From positions 31,763 through 95,762 of the forward strand of contig CAWIVI010000020.1 of assembly GCA_963839465.1 (NCBI GenBank): a stretch of 64,000 bases of DNA, read 5' to 3'. Of the stretch, positions 63,273 through 64,000 are shown in pieces. Position 1 is the stretch's first letter. Every line of letters begins with the position of its first letter. The stretch comes from an uncultured beta proteobacterium. Lineage in GTDB: Bacteria > Pseudomonadota > Gammaproteobacteria > Burkholderiales > Burkholderiaceae_C. Both the position numbers and the translations under genes were made by a program. The notes beneath the pieces were generated by a model. That model searched no databases. It was not told the origin of the DNA and saw nothing but the letters and a program-made list of their open reading frames with translations.

Positions 63273-64000
63273 TCATGCAGCGGGGCGACCGATGGGCAGG
63301 TACTCGAAGCCGGCCTCGCGGGCCAGCGCGGGCTCGAGCACATTGCGCCCGTCGATGATCACCGGGTGCTTGAGCAGCGAGCGCAGTCGATCGAAGTCGG
63401 GCGAGCGGAAAGCTTTCCACTCCGTGACGATGACGAGCGCATCGGCGCCCTCGGCGGCCTCGAGCGGGGTGTCGGCATACATGAGGCCTTCGAGCGGGCC
63501 GAACACACGGCGCGCTTCCTTCATGGCCACGGGATCATGGGCCACGACCTCGGCGCCGCGGCGCAGCAGGTCGTCGAGCAGGACGCGGCTCGGCGCCTCC
63601 CGCATGTCGTCGGTGTCGGGCTTGAAGGCCAGGCCCCACACCGCGAAGCGGCGCCCGCGCAGGTCTTCGCCGAAGCGCTTCACGATCTTCTCGGAGAGCA
63701 CCTGCTTCTGGCGCTCGTTGGCCCGCTCCACGGCATCGAGCACCTGCAGCTCGAGCCCGGCCTCGGCGCCGCTGCGCACCAGCGCCTTGACGTCCTTCGG
63801 AAAGCACGAGCCGCCGTAGCCGCAGCCGGCATACAGAAAGTGACGGCCGATGCGGGGGTCCGAGCCGATGCCCTTGCGCACGAGCTCGATGTCGGCGCCC
63901 ACGCGCTCGGCCAGTTGCGCGAGCTCGTTCATGAAGCTGATGCGCGTGGCCAGCATGGCGTTGGCGGCGTACTTGGTGAGCTCGGCGGAGCGGATGTCCA
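63273..64000 (-). CDS. ugd: UDP-glucose 6-dehydrogenase (N-terminus outside window)
   Basis: It shows [38 protein letters not shown] and VTEWKAF. The ORF stays open to the window edge and is convergent with the glycosyltransferase operon. Confidence 0.85.
   Translation of the reverse strand, partial: DIRSAELTKYAANAMLATRISFMNELAQLAERVGADIELVRKGIGSDPRIGRHFLYAGCGYGGSCFPKDVKALVRSGAEAGLELQVLDAVERANERQKQVLSEKIVKRFGEDLRGRRFAVWGLAFKPDTDDMREAPSRVLLDDLLRRGAEVVAHDPVAMKEARRVFGPLEGLMYADTPLEAAEGADALVIVTEWKAFRSPDFDRLRSLLKHPVIIDGRNVLEPALAREAGFEYLPIGRPAA

Overview
This is a GC-rich chromosomal segment, about two-thirds G+C by eye. Gene content and intergenic REP-type repeats look Burkholderiales/Comamonadaceae-like; that taxon call is inference only.

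The left half (1-32 kb) is mostly core metabolism:
- a partial aldehyde dehydrogenase, a thermonuclease-like gene, DUF429 and a TPR-GGDEF cyclase;
- a type II asparaginase-like gene;
- a complete five-step histidine utilisation locus. hutU-hutH plus a NitT/TauT-type ABC importer run divergently from hutC-hutI-hutG-hutF, with a perfect palindromic HutC-type operator between them;
- a large PBP-like transglycosylase-family protein and a CheY plus hybrid histidine kinase pair;
- DUF805, clsB plus an EEP-family partner, nudB, a methyltransferase and aspS;
- DUF502, an FmdB zinc-ribbon gene, an SSS symporter and ubiJ-ubiB.

The right half (32-64 kb) is one large polysaccharide locus:
- a priming phosphotransferase, a beta-barrel outer-membrane protein, galE and an O-acyltransferase;
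- manC, an AlgD-type GDP-mannose dehydrogenase and ugd;
- about eight glycosyltransferases and a Wzx flippase;
- a heparinase II/III-like protein with no signal peptide;
- four carboxylate-activating enzymes: two tandem CapK/PaaK-like adenylate-forming paralogs, an AsnB-like amidotransferase and a TupA-like ATP-grasp;
- a block of three tandem secreted or lipoprotein paralogs carrying four copies of a roughly 400-aa glycoside-hydrolase-like domain.

I found no tRNA, rRNA, CRISPR, transposase or integrase.

Major caveat: homology-consistent reading frames switch inside about 30 genes. I tracked roughly 55-60 apparent 1-nt indels by hand, including in aspS and ubiB. The sequence therefore looks indel-noisy rather than pseudogenised. 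CDS spans below are reconstructed across those shifts and the shift positions are approximate.
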